From: Mobula hypostoma | Lineage: Eukaryota | Length of the DNA stretch: 64,000 nucleotides | Assembly: GCF_963921235.1 (NCBI RefSeq) | Contig: NC_086108.1 | Location: forward strand, 72,976,001 to 73,040,000 | Direction of reading: 5' to 3' | In this document: positions 11,501 through 24,743 of the stretch, piece by piece | Layout: every line of letters starts with the position of its first letter | How positions within the stretch are numbered: position 1 is the first letter of the stretch | The notes under the pieces: model-generated | Database searches by the model: none | What the model was told of the DNA's origin: nothing | The model's input: the letters and a program-made list of their open reading frames with translations, nothing else | Program-made: the position numbers and the translations under genes

Positions 11501-14500
11501 TGGGAGTAGGACATTGGGATGGAAAAGAGTAGGAATGTCCTGAAACTTTTAAAATACTTTTTTACCAATCAGTTTTAATAAGATGGCAATAAAATAACGT
11601 GCGGACTACTCAGAACATGCTGTCAATTTATATTCAGTTCAGTTAAGATAAATTTGAAAGTGCTGTATTAAAATTAAAAATTGCAATATTTAACCTGATT
11701 TTTCCAGATGAATAGTTCAATCTATCATCAATATTTTTTCATATGCTTATGTAGTAGCCAACAATTAAACAAAATTTGAAATAAGGTGCCATAAGGGCTA
11801 AAATATATAATATTTCTTGACTTGTTCTTAAAGATTGTTTCTCTTTCCCACTTATCCTGTTCTCCTTCTACCCATCCAAACTGCACAGACTGACTCTTCT
11901 GTGCCCCTAACTGGTAGAAAGGGAAACCAAACTCTTGAAGCTGTTGCTTCTGAGAAGGTGGATGAGAAGGAAGGAATGTGAAATGGGATGCTTTTACCAA
12001 GGCATCTTATTGCAGGCTACATTCTGATGCTTCCTTGGAACAAACAAATCTTTCAAGACATCTTGAAATTATTAACATACATGATTTGTAATGAAACTAC
12101 TTAAACTGGAATACTTAATGAATTGTTCTTTACTGGGATTAAAATTCTAACTTGATGAAATTTCTCCTTGAGTATTAACTGAGTGAGTTTGGGGAGAAAG
12201 CTTGGCAGGTGGAACTGGAGCTTGTAGTTATAAAACCCACTTTTTACATCGCCATTTTACATAAGATGACCAATGATCTTGATGAAAGAAGTTTTATTGT
12301 AGCAGAAAACATGGTTTATGAAGTGTTTTCAATTTTACAGCAAAATTATTTTTAAACAAAATCCTTGTATATTATTTGAAAGAGGGAAAGTTGATTAATT
12401 TCTGTTGTTATATTTTTTATTTTTAGTTGTTTAAAAGCCATATCCATTCACTTTTTGAAACTTCTCAATTTTGTTTTTTAAATAAGTTTCATAGTATCAC
12501 CACTTTTGAACATGAAATAAATAATTAAAAGCCAACCAGAATAAAACAATTAAGAGCACCTGGTTACATAGGAATACTTCATCCTTTCTGTACTGGGATC
12601 TTGATTTGAATGTAGTGTGAGCTGGTAGAATGGACATTGCCCTTCTGCCATGTGCTAGGGCCCAAAGTAAAATGCATTTGTTGGTTAATGCTTAGTCCCC
12701 AAAGAACAGAGGTCTGGAATTTAAAATAGCTTGTTAGTTGGTACCCAATTAAGTAATAACTACTTGGACCACAAAGTGGTGATGGTATTAAAAATGGAAT
12801 GTATTAAAATCTCAGATTGATAGGAGGTTGACAGGAAAGGAATGGCGATGAAAGCATAGCAGAAGTTTTACTATATAATCTGGCATGTTGTGCTTGATTT
12901 GATTGTTTGATGCTGATAACAAAGTGGTCTTCATTCTTGTTGCAATAGACAAAGCTGGCACAAACCAAGCCTTCAAAATTGTGTGCAACTAGTATTTCCC
13001 CTTTTCCCAGTGTATGACTGTAACATCAAATTAAGCAAATGAGGATGGAACTTAAACATGTGCATAGCTTACCAAATTAAGAACCCGAAAAAATGGCAGA
13101 TAAACCTTAACTCGTAAGTGTGAAAAGCATCGACATTCTGCACAAAATAATACTAAAACTGCAAAACTTCTGTTTAATTAAGGTCAATATCTCCAGTAAA
13201 ATAATCACATCAATCCCTGCCAAAATTATTGAAAAATGAAGCCCTTGAGTACATTCCACTATGGTATTCTTAATTCCAAACTTTGGAATGTGATGATTTT
13301 TTTTTAATCCACTGCAGTCTTTCCAAGTTGCTCATTTAGCACTGAATTAAAAGCTATGTTGAGCTTAGTATTCCCGTCCGTTGGATTAAGACCATCCAAG
13401 TTAAATTAGTTTGTACTTTGAGCTATTAATGCTGATTGCTGATTTATTTGGGAAGGGAGAGGAAGAAAATTTTTGTACTTTCCAGCATTGCCATCTCCTG
13501 CTTACCCGATCTTTTGTAGCATTGTTTTTCCTACACTTGTGAAGAAAGCACATTTATTTATAAACAGTTGACAACACAGAATTCCCAGCTTGGTAGAAAC
13601 TCCTAATGATGGGGCAATGCTGTGATTCCAGTGGCATCGTCACCAATTGTTAACTTAGTGTTGATTGATAACTTTTTATGCATTTCTAGTCAGTATTGTA
13701 TTTGCACATTTTTATTTCAAAATAAGTTAGGTGCAGAAAAGTGTGCTTTCAAGTTTTTTTTAATGAACACTTTAAAATTCTAGCCTGATATACTTGCCTC
13801 ATTTGAATTATTATATTCTTTGATCATTTTAATTTTGGATTGTTTTGGTTCTCTGCAGGACAGAAGGCTTACATGATTTGTTCCAGGCAGTGAAGTCAAA
13901 AAAAGACATTGTGCATTCTTCTTTCCAATTTTGCTCTTTCACTTTCATTGTGTCATCACTTTCAAACTTTATCTTTCTCTCGCTCAAAAATTTCATGTGG
14001 AAATTTCATGCACTTTTCAGAGACAAAAACCCAGCATGTAACTTAAGTATGTTGACTGTTGTATCTGTGTAATTCAACCTTGTTCTGTCTGTAAATGGTG
14101 TAGTTTTAATATGAACTTATGTAGCTTACAAGAAAAGGTCACATCGTGCATTACAACTAATAGAGTAGCATTTGCTCCCATTCCTGGTATGTTATACTTT
14201 ACAGAAAACTGTATCTGCACTAGGTTGTATCAATTGTGCAAATCTGTTCCTAGTCTGCAGCTGAGTCTTTTGTGACACCAATAACAGGTCACAGCATGTA
14301 TGGGATTTTCTGCATTATAAGCATTGACTCTGTGTTTCACTCTACACACAGTAACTGCTACTGTCTTCACAACTGGTGATATTTTTCCTTTTTTTGTCAA
14401 GTTGCCATAACTTCATATTATTCATCTATCTTGAAGAATAAAAATGTATTTTGTTGAGAATCAGTGTGAACGGTTTAACTTTTTAACAAAAATAAAACCG

Positions 14501-14520
14501 ATTTCACTTACTAATTTCTA
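8522..14520 (+). other. PIK3R3: Putative long 3' UTR of PIK3R3
   Basis: AU-rich sequence with no recognisable transposon from the stop codon to about 15.3 kb, ending in two AATAAA. Earlier AATAAA (e.g. near 9094, 9178, 10239, 11588) could be alternative sites. Confidence 0.6.
14437..14496 (+). terminator. Candidate polyadenylation signals (AATAAA at 14437-14442 and 14491-14496)
   Basis: Canonical hexamers; the second is followed by GU/U-rich sequence (ctgttgattgtgatgt). Located close to where transposon-free sequence ends. Confidence 0.5.
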
Positions 14521-15329
14521 CTTCTGCGCTGTTGATTGTGATGTCCTCTTCTATATTGGGGGAAAGATAGTTCAGTACAATTCCTACATAAATTTGCACC
14601 AAAGAAATTCTCATGAGATACCTTTGCAAATCTATTAGATTCTATAAACACCTTCAGGATGCTTTATAGAAACACTTGGGAACTTGTGTAATAGAAAAGC
14701 AATGCAGACTAATTTTCCATTTTAAGTGGAAGTAATTAATCATAAACTGGAAAAGTTCACTGTAATGAAAATAAAGCAACTATGCTAAATAGTTTAATGA
14801 TCTGATTTATTCAACTGCTTGGATACATTTGGAAAGTTTCAGGAATAGTAAGTAAAATTCTTTAGAGTAAACATTTAGCAAAAATAAATGAACTTGTAAC
14901 CTGAAAGGATTTGCATTCCTCCAAAATGTTTTGGTTGGATTTCCATGCTGTTTTAATAATGGATAAATCAAAATACCGAATAATTTGCTTCCTCTATTAG
15001 AAATATGATGCCATTCAGCATGATTGGTTGTAAAATAATGGGAGTCCCAAGTTCACAAGCCAGTTTCCTACAGTGTCATAATATATACTGATATCATGTT
15101 TGTAATGATGTCTGAGACTTAATTTCTATATCTTCCATTTTACCAAATGCATAATAGGCTTCAGCTGAATAATTGTACTTACTTTTGTAGGAAACAAATC
15201 TGTTAGTAATGAGTATTCCAGTAATGAGAGAGACTTGGTTTATATTATTTAAAGAAACTCACTAGATTTAAGAGAGGGCTATGAAATCTGACATAATGTA
15301 TCAATGCATTATATTGAAGTAGGAGATGG

Positions 15330-16925
15330 CAGGGAGATTTTTGAAGTGTAGTAGATGAGAAAGCTGAAAGTTAAAGAAAGCAAGTCCAAGAGGCAGGAAA
15401 GGGACCAAGAAAAGTCGGATAGGGCAAAATGCATTTATTTTAATGTATTAAGGCAGCTAATCTCAGAGTATGGATTGGCACATGAGTTGTGATATTATCA
15501 CTATTTGGGAAATGTGGTTGTGGGATGCACAGAATTGACAGCTCAGTGTTCTGGAGTATAGATACTAGAGGCATGATAAAGGGTGGGTCCGTGCTTTGCT
15601 GGAGCAGGTGGGGAGAGGGAAAGGGTTGATGCTTTTGATGGTGTTTGGGAGGGGTGAGGGTGGCTTTGGGGTTCTCACATTTCTATCATTCATTCTTTGG
15701 GCTTTTTCCTGTTTTGTGGAGGTCTGCGAAGAATAAGAATTTCAGGTTGTATACTATATACATTCTCTGATATTAAATTGAACCATTGAGGTACGAGAGA
15801 AGGGAGAGTTGTGTAAGGCATTGCAGTACTTATAATGTTACCAGGGAAAGAAGGTTCAATGAGTGTACATGGTAGAACTTCAGTGTGCTAGGCAACTGCA
15901 CACACAATTGGCTCGGTGAAAGGAGTGAGGGTGATAATGGGCCGTAGTTTTTTTTTCCCAGAATGGAGGCCTATAACCACCGATTTGCCACAAGGATCAG
16001 TGCAAGGTCCCCTATTGCTAATCAGAAATGAGTTGGATGAGAATATAGATAGCATGATTAAGTTTGTAGATGACAGCAAAATTATCTTGTGGTGGAACTG
16101 ATGAATCTTGTCTTAATTTTATAACGGGATCTAGATAAATGGGAAAGAGGGCAAAGCGAAGGCAGATGGGTTTTAACTCAGACAAGTCCAAAGTGATGAA
16201 CTCTGCAAAGTGAAACTAGGGCAGGGGCCTGGGTTAATGTTGTAGAACAGAGGGATTCCAGAGTACAAGTTTATAAGTTCCCTGAAAGTAGTGACAGAGT
16301 TTGGATGTCATGTTGCAGCTCTGTATGATATTGATGAAACCAGATATGGAATATTGTGTGCAGTTTTTGCTACTACACTTTAGGAAGGATGTGATTCACC
16401 TAAGACAATGCGGAAATAATTCATAAGGATGAAATTGGGGTTGGTCAGCTTGAATTATGAGGAGCGATGATAAGCTGAGGGGCAAAGGTTAATTAAAATG
16501 TGGACATAGATAAAATAGATGATCTGTGTCTTTTCCCCCAAGGTAGTGGAGTCTAAATTGAGAGGGCATAAGTTTGAGATGATGATTTTTTAGGAAGGTT
16601 TGTCACATGAGCATTGACACAGAATGAAATGCATTGTTTGCTTCAAAACCAAGTCAAATCAGTAAGGATTTTGCAGTGTCACCACGCTTCTGGTACCAAT
16701 GTAGCTTGCCCACAACTTATTAATCTATACACCTTTTGGAATGTTTTCACAAAGTGGGTAGAAAGGACAAGCTACAGGAGGAAGTGGTAGTGGTGAATAT
16801 AATTATAATGTTCAAATAGACATTTGGATGGGGAAGATTTAGTGTGAAGTGGGCCAAATACAAGGCAAATAGGACTAGCTCATGAAGGCACCTTAATCAG
16901 CATGGATGAGTTGGACCAAAGGTTT
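15330..16925 (+). mobile_element. Old, fragmented CR1 LINE with small nested repeat fragments (about 15630-15790 and 16600-16750)
   Basis: ORF 15916..16101 contains EWRPITTDLPQGSVQGPLLL...KFVDDSK. Degenerate endonuclease and 3'-tail sequence flank it. Confidence 0.7.
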
Positions 16926-17295
16926 TTGAAAAGTAATTACATGGGAAAAAGGCTATGCTTTCACCAGTAAGTGAAAATGCACAACTCAGGCTGTTGAACT
17001 ACCATGCATTAATGTATTATGTTGTGATTGAATGATGTAGACCACACAAGTGCAACTGCTAAACAGGAGTTCAATTACACCAATGAGTATCTAATACTTT
17101 ATACTGAATAATAACATTTGGTTTCAGACTATGCAATAGATTCAGAGTTTTACAACTCTAAAATGAGTCTTCAGTCCACCATATCCATGCCAGGACTTTT
17201 GTCTATCCACATTAATCCCATTTCCCTGTCTAAATGTGTATCTGATCTCCATACCATCCCTGGCAGCAAATTCCAGATATCAACCAGTCTGCATA

Positions 17296-17560
17296 TATTT
17301 AGCATAATGCTTTTCAGTACAGTACCAGTGAAGGGAGTTCAATTCCTGCCGGTGCCTGTAAGGAGTTTTACATTCTCCCCATGACTGCATGGGTTTCCTC
17401 CAGGTGCTCCATTTTCTTCCCACAGTCCAAAGACAGACCAGTTGGGAGGTTAATTGGTCATTATAAATAATCCCCTGATTAGGCTAGGATTAAATCAGAG
17501 GATTGCTGGATGGTGCAACTCGAAGGGCTGCAATTTATCTAAATAAATAAATACATAAAT
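17296..17560 (+). mobile_element. tRNA-derived V-SINE (HE1-like)
   Basis: Box-B-like GTTCAATTCC at 17337-17346, V-domain-type core ttctccccatgactgcatgggtttcctccaggtgctcc...cccacagtccaaagac, and a (TAAA)n tail. Confidence 0.75.
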
Positions 17561-17739
17561 ATCCTTCCAGTACTGTGGTGACCATAAATGTGTGCTATAT
17601 TTCAAGTGTAGACTAACCAATGTTTCAGCATAATGTCTCAATTTTTATATTCTATGCCCCAACTTGTGAAGGAAAGCATGCATTATGCCTCCTCACCGCT
17701 TATTTTTCCACTGTCGGAGAACCGTAGACTTGAACCCCA

Positions 17740-18900
17740 GAAATCAGAATCAGGTTTATTATCACCGGCATGTAACATGAAATTTGTTAACTTAGCAGCA
17801 GCAGTTCAATGCAATACATGTCTAGCAGAGAGAAAAAAATAATAATAAACAAGTAAATCAATTACGTATATTGAATAGATTTAAAAAACATGCAAAAACA
17901 GAAATACTATATATATATATAATTTATTTTTTTTTAAATGTCAGATGGTGTCCAAAGATTCAACGTCCATTTAGGAATCAGATGGCAGGAAAGAAGAAGC
18001 TGTTCCTGAATCGCTGAGTGTGAGCCTTCAGGCTTCTGTCTGCACCTCCTATCTGATGGTAACAGTGAGAAAAAGGCATGCCCTGGGTGCTGGAGCTCCT
18101 TAGTAATGGACACTGCCTTTCTGAGAAACTGCTCCCTAAAGATGTCCTGGGTACTTTGTAGGCTGGTACCCAAGATGGAGCTGACTAGATCTACAGCCTT
18201 TTGCAGCATTTTTCGGTCCTGTGCAGTAGCGCCCCCCCACCCCCATACCAGACAGTGATGCAGCCTGTCAGAATGCTCTCTACGGTACATCTATAGAAGT
18301 TTTTGAGAGTATTTGTTGACATGCCAAATCTCTTCAAACTCCTAATGAAGTATAGCTGCTGTCTTGCCTTCTTTATAACTACATTGATATGTTGGGACCA
18401 CGTTAGATCCTCAGAGATCTTGACACCTAGGAACTTGAAACTGCTCGCTCTCTCCACTTCTGACCCCTCTGAGGATTGGTATGTGTTCCTTCATCTTACC
18501 TTTCCTGAAGTTCACAATCAGCTCTTTTGTCTTACTGACATTGAGTGCCAGGTTGTTGCTGTGGCACTATTCCACTAGTTGGCATATCTCATTCCTGTAT
18601 GCCCTCTCGTCACCCCCTGAGATCCTACCAACAATGGTTGTATCGTCAGCAAATTTATAGATGATATTTGAGCTATACGTAGCCATAGAGTCATGTGTAT
18701 ATAGAGGGTAGAGCAGTGGGCTAAGCATACACCCCTGAGGTGTACCAGTGTTGATCGTCAGCAAGGAGGATAGGTTATCACCAATCTGCGCAGATTGTGG
18801 TCTTCCAGTTGGGAAGTCAAGGATCCAATTACAGAGGGAGGTACAGAGGCCCAGGTTCTGCAACTTCTCAATCAGGATCGTGGGAATGATGCTATCAAAT
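17740..18900 (-). mobile_element. Rex1/Babar-clade LINE, 5'-truncated, inserted in an older CR1
   Basis: ORFs give [30 protein letters not shown] and KARQQLYFIRSLKRFG. 3' tail has AATAAA plus a (GATTCT)-like repeat near 17740-17760. Minus-strand CR1 sequence resumes after 18900. Confidence 0.85.
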
Positions 18901-19236
18901 ACTGACCCCTCTTTTATAAACATTCTGTGGTATCCTATCTTTACCATATATGACTTGACCCTACTTGATTTCCAAAAATGCATCACTTTACATAATGTGG
19001 GATTGAATTCCATCTGCCAAAATTCTGCCCAGCTTTCTTCAGATCTTTATCCTGCAGTAGCCTTAAGTGACCTTCATCACTATCTACAACAACACCAACT
19101 TTTGCATCGTCTGCAAAATTACTAATGAAGTCTCCTACATTCACATCGCAGTTATTGTTATAGAGTTGTACAGCACGTAAAAAGGCCCTTCTGCTCAGGT
19201 GTACCAAAGATGATCAAGATGTACGCAAAATACTGG

Positions 19237-19345
19237 AGTCTTACTGAAGGGTCTCAGACCAAAACGTCGACTGTGCTCTTTTCCATAGATGCTATCTGGC
19301 CTGCTGAGTTCCTGCAGTATTTTGTGTGTGTTACTTGGATTTCCT
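19237..19345 (+). repeat. Penelope-like terminal repeat fragment
   Basis: agtcttactgaagggtctcagaccaaaacgtcgactg...gatgctatctggcctgctgagttcctgcag. Confidence 0.7.
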
Positions 19346-19371
19346 TTTCTCTTGTTTGTGACCAAGATGTA

Positions 19372-20699
19372 TATCCAGTGGCCACGTATTATGTACAGGA
19401 GTGAACCCAGTGTGATCTTCTGGTGCTATAGCCTATCCACTTCAAAGTTTGATATGATGTGCATTCAGAGATGCTCTTCTGCACACTACTGTTGGAAAGT
19501 GTAGTTATCTGAGTTGTTGTCACCTTCCTGTCAGGTTGAATGAGTCTAGCAATTTACTGACTTCTCTCATTAAGTGTTTTCACCCACAGAGCTGGCTGGA
19601 TAGTTTTAACCATAAGACCATAAAACATAGGAGCAGAATTAGGCCATTTGGCCCATCGAGTCTGCTCTGCCATTCAATCATAGTTGATTCTTTTTTCTTC
19701 TCTTCATCAACCCCAGTTCCTGCTTTCTCCCTGTAACCTTTGACAGGTTCCTGATTGGACATGGCATCAATCTCTACCTTAAACACACCAAATGACCAGG
19801 CCTCCACAGCTGCATGTAGCAACAAATTCACCACCCTTTGGCTAAAGAAATTTTTCCGCATCTCTGTTTTGAAAGGGCGCTGCTCTATCGTGAGGCTGTG
19901 TCTTCTTGTCCTGGACTCTCCCACCATTGGAAACATCATGTCCACACCTACTCTGTCTAGCCTTTCAACATTTGAAAGGTTTCAGTGAGATTCCCCCCTC
20001 ATCCTTCTGAATTCCAGTGATTACAGACCCAGAACCAACAAACATTCCTCATGTGATAACCCTTTCATTCTTGGAATCATCCTTGTGAACCTCCTCTGGA
20101 CCTCTCCAGTGCTAGCACATTTTTTCTAAGATGAGGGCCCCAAAACTGTTCACAAAATTCAAGGTGACGTCTCACCAGTGCCTTATCAAGCCTCAGCATC
20201 ACAGCTATGCTCTTGTATTCTAGACCTCTTGAAATGAATGCTAACATGGCATTTGCCTTCCTCACCACTGACTCAACTTGCAGGTTAACTTTTAGGGTGT
20301 TCTGCACAAGGACTCCCAAATCTCTTTGCATTTCAGATATTTGGATTTTCTCCCAGTTTAGAAAATAGCCCGCACATTTATTTCTGCTACTAAAGTACAT
20401 TACCATGCATTTTCCAACATGTTTTGCTTCTTGCACCATTCCTTGTAAACTCTAGAGACAGTTGTGTGTGAAAATCTGAGGAGATCAGCAGCTTCTGAGA
20501 TGCCCAAACCACCTTGCCTGGCACCAATAACCATTACACAACATTGCATTTCTTCCCCATTCTGATGTTTGGTCGAAAAAACAACTGAATCTCTTGACTA
20601 TAGCTGTATGCTTTTATGCATTGAGTTGCTGCCACATGATTGGCTGATTAGATATTTACGTTAATGAGCAGATGTACCTAATAAAGTGGACACTGAGTG
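19372..20699. mobile_element. Non-autonomous Tc1/mariner element, interrupted by a CR1
   Basis: Imperfect TIRs: 5' tatccagtggccacgtattatgtaca; 3' reverse complement cactcagtgtccactttattaggtaca. TA precedes the left end. Confidence 0.7.
19608..20420 (-). mobile_element. CR1 LINE 3' portion
   Basis: ORFs 19580..19945 and 20077..20439 (RDLGVLVQNTLKVNLQV, KNFFSQRVVNL). Flanked by GTTTT at 19603-19607 and 20421-20425, a possible TSD. Confidence 0.85.
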
Positions 20700-20719
20700 A
20701 ATCTTTAAGCAAATTTCAT

Positions 20720-22990
20720 TTACCAGTGTTTGGACCCCATCCTTCTAAACTCTCGTCATCTACATAATTTGTCCACGTACAACCAAAATGTTTCTATGTC
20801 AACCACTTCCTCTGATAGCTGGTTCCATTTTGTGTGTGTGATAAATATTTTTTAAAATCCTCTCAGGTTTTCATTAAACCTTTCAGCCCTAATCTTAAAA
20901 CCACATCCTCTAGTTTTTCATTTCCCTGCTTTGGGGAGGAAGGCCACTCACTCTATTCATGCACAGCATGGTTTTATTTACCTCAATGAGATCATCCTCC
21001 ACACTCCTCTGTTCCAAGGAATACAGGCCAGCCTGTCTAAGCTCTCGCAATACCTCGGTCAGTCCCTTGAGTCCCGGCAACATCCTTGTAAATCACTTTT
21101 GCACTATTTCCAGTTGAATCACATCCTTCCTATTACAGGGTGACCAATACTGAAAGCAATGCTCCAAGTGTGGCCTTGCCAATATTTTGTAAAATCACAC
21201 CATAGCTTTCCAACTTCTATACTCAATACCCTGACTGATAAAGGCCATTATGTCAAACACCACTGCCACCACCCTATCCATCAGTGATCCCATTCCAAGG
21301 GAAATACACTTCTACTCGAAGCTTTTTGTTCAACAGCGGCCTTCCATTTGATGTCAAATTCCTACATTGGTTTGTCTTTTTAAAATGTAATACTTTGTAT
21401 TTATGTGAATGTAATTCCATTTGTCATTCCTCTGCCCACTTATCTTGCTGATCAAGATACTGCTGCAATTCTTGATACTTTTATTCACTGTCGCCCTAGT
21501 TTAGTGTCACCTGCAAATTTCTTAACTGTTCCACATATATTCTCATCTAAATGATTAATATTGATGTCAAAAAGCAATGGATCCAGTACCAACCTCTGTG
21601 GTACACCACTATGCACTGGCTTCCAGTACAAGAAATCTCCCTCCACTGTTACCCTTTGTTTCTTACCATCCAGCCAATTTTGTGTCCAGTTTGATAGCTC
21701 TCCTTGGATGCCATGCAATCTAACCTTCCAGAGCAGCCTACCATACAGTACCTTATTAATACCCATATTGAAATCCATATAGCACATCTACCACCCTCCC
21801 CTCCCACCTTCCTCATTGCTTCATCAAAAAATACAATCAAATTTGTAAAATAAGCCAAGTTGACTACATGTAAGTATAACTTACCCCTCAATGTTTTTCA
21901 GCTTCTTACCTACCTTGGCTGTTAGGATAACAGGTTTTAATTAGTGGGTCTATCATTATAACCCTTCTTAAATGCACCACATTGCTATCCTCCCATCTTC
22001 TGCATCTTGCCTGAGGATGGTGAAGTTCAAATATCTCAGCAAAGACTCCTGCAATTTCTTTAGCATCTCCTCGTGTCCTTGGATATATGTCATCTGGTCC
22101 TAGAGATTTGTCTACCTTCATACGTTGTTGACATATCACAAAGAACAGGAGTTGCAGCATAGATCCTTGTGGCACACAGCTAGACACAGATTTCCAATCT
22201 GAAAGATATCCTTCCACCACTTCCCTCTGCTTCTTATCATCAAGCCAGCACTGAATTTAATTACCCAGCTCATCTCGGCTCCCATGTGCCACAAACATTT
22301 TGTCCAGCCTAACATCTCGGACTGTGTTGATATGGACTTTAGTATGGGATTGGACAATGTTTACCACCCTGTCCTTATCAGTCTTATTAGTTACCACTTC
22401 AAAAACTTTGCCAAATTAGGAAGGATTTATTCTACTTAATGTCATGCTGACTATCCCTGATCACCCCCTGCCTTTCCAAATGTACATAAACCCTATCCTT
22501 TAATATTTTCTCCATGTCCCTACTACTGATGTAAGCTTCACTAGCTGGTAATTAACTGACCTATTGCTAAGACCTGTCTTAAGTAAATGAACATTAGCTT
22601 TCCTTCTGTCATCTGGCACCTTGCCTTTGGCTAATGAAGATGCAAACATTTCTTGTAAGGGTTGTAACTATCTCCTCCTTATTACCCACAACATTCATGC
22701 ACAATTCTCATCCAGCACTGAGGATTTAATAGCCCTGTTTGACCAGTTCTAAATTATCTACATACCTCTTCCTGACTTCACCATATTTCATAAGTACAGA
22801 TAAGTATTTATGTAGAATCTTGCAGAGATCACCTGGCTCCACACATAGAATACCCCTTTAATCCCTAAGGACGCTCTCCCTTTCCTAGACTACCTTTTTG
22901 GTCCTGATATGTAATGTCTTGGGATTCTTCTTAATCTTACCTTCCAAGGATGGTGCTTATTCTTTGCCCTCTAACTTAGTTAAGTTCTCT
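20720..22990 (-). mobile_element. Old CR1 ORF2 fragments
   Basis: ORFs give SGVPQRLVLDPLLF, KFAGDTKLG, VPQGSMLQLLFF and KSLGPDDIYPR. Confidence 0.75.
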
Positions 22991-23005
22991 TCTATACACA
23001 TACTA

Positions 23006-24608
23006 AAGCGACTTGAAATAGTATTCAGCCCCCACAACTATTTTCATGTTTTACTGTCTCATTTTCTAAATTTAAAATGTATTGAAATAAGGTTTTTGAG
23101 CTCATCTACAAAACATTGTGCATCATGTCAATCAAAAGGAAAATTCCAAAACCTGTCAACAAGTTACTAAAAATTGAAAACCAAAATTGTGAGGCTGAAA
23201 AAGCACTCATCCCCTTTGTAATTACTGAACTAACTTTCCTCGGGTGCAATACTGTGCATTACCTTACCAACTCACCCAATTTGTTAATGCAGAAAACTGG
23301 AGGATTCATAAGAATATATACTCCCCTCTTTGTGAGGCCTAACAGTATGGTAGATTTTCAACAGACCAAACTAAAATGAAGACAAAAGAGCATTCAAGAC
23401 AAGTCAGGGAAATAATAATAGAGGAGCACACATCTGGGACTGGGACGGGTACAAGATCATCTTGAAGCCACTGAACATACCTCGGAGGGTGTCCATTGTG
23501 GAAAAAGCGGAAAAAAAATGAAACCACGGCCACACTGCCTAGGTCAGGTCCCCCCTCTAAACTTAGTTGCTGAAGAAGTCTGGCACTTGTAAGAGAGGTT
23601 ACTGTGACGCCAACAGTCACACTGAATGGGATACAGAAGTCAGTGGCTGTAAATGGAGAGCGAGATCATAGCCGCACAATCTCTAAGGCCTTGCACAAAA
23701 CGGTATTAGGGTATTTATGGAAGAGTGGCAAGAAAGAAGCCCTAGCTTTAAATAAAAATATCCTTGCCCATAAAGACTTGGCAAAGTGTCATTTAGAAGA
23801 TACTTTAAGATGTGGAAGAAGGTTTTGTGGTCGGATAAGAGTAAAGTGGAATTTTTTGGCCTCAACACTAAGCAGAATGTGTGGCATAAATACTATGCAT
23901 CAGCGAGGTAACACCATCCCTATTGTAAATTATGTTTGAGGTAGCATCATGTTATTGGGATGCTTTTCAGCAACAGAGACTGGAAATTTGGTCAAGATTG
24001 TTGGGAAGGTGAAAGCTTCTAAATACAAAGAGATCCTGGATAAAAGCCTCCTAGCCTCTGCCAGAAAGCTTAAACTGGGGAGGAAGTTTGTCTTTCAGCA
24101 GGACAACAACCCAAAGCACTCTGCCAGAGCAGCCATGGAGTGGCTTCAAATGAAGAAAACTGATGTCCTTGAGTGGCCCAGTCGGCGTCGTGACCTTAAA
24201 ACCTCCTCTGGCAAGACCTCAAGATTGCTATTCACTGCCACTTCCCTACTAATCTGGCACAGCCTGAGCAATTTTGCAAGGAGGAATGGGCAAATCTTGC
24301 TCCTTTGCATCGTGCAAAGCTAATAGAGACTTATCCAAAAAGACTACTGGCTGTAATAGATGTGAGAGGTGGTTCAAACAAGTACTGAGCAAAGAGGGAT
24401 GAATACATTTGAACTGCTGACATTCCAGTTTTGAACTTTTAGTTTTTCATGCTTTGCCATTTTCCCTGATTTTGGGGCTCTACTGTAAACAAAATGAGCA
24501 TGTGATTCACAAATTAAAAATTCTCAGTTAAATTGATCAAAATGCCTGGTTAGAATACTCATTTATGTGAACAAAGAGATGGTGGCTGAATACTTTTACA
24601 AGACACTG
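23006..24608 (+). mobile_element. Full-length defective Tc1-family DNA transposon (about 1.6 kb)
   Basis: TIRs: aagcgacttgaaatagtattcagcc and reverse complement cagtgtcttgtaaaagtattcagcc. TA at 23004-23005. Encloses a transposase pseudogene. Confidence 0.88.
23376..24388 (+). pseudogene. Tc1 transposase pseudogene
   Basis: Starts MKTKEHSRQVRE. Contains GCFSATETGNLV, FVFQQDNNPKHS and LEWPS; ends GGSNKY*. Multiple frameshifts. Confidence 0.88.
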
Positions 24609-24743
24609 CACATGATATTCCTCAAGACCTTCCTGATCCCAATTGTTTCCTTTTTTAAATCCTGATCAAGCCTTCAATATATTTCATCGTCCAATTTTAT
24701 TATCTTTGACCTGCACCCTTACCAGAATGTACTGGATCCGAAT

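Noticed and set aside
8602..14638. Short ORFs in the region after the PIK3R3 stop codon
   Set aside because: All under 100 aa, compositionally biased and without recognisable domains; expected by chance.
17296..17360. tRNA gene
   Set aside because: Only a box-B-like motif without a cloverleaf, followed by a V-SINE core and tail.
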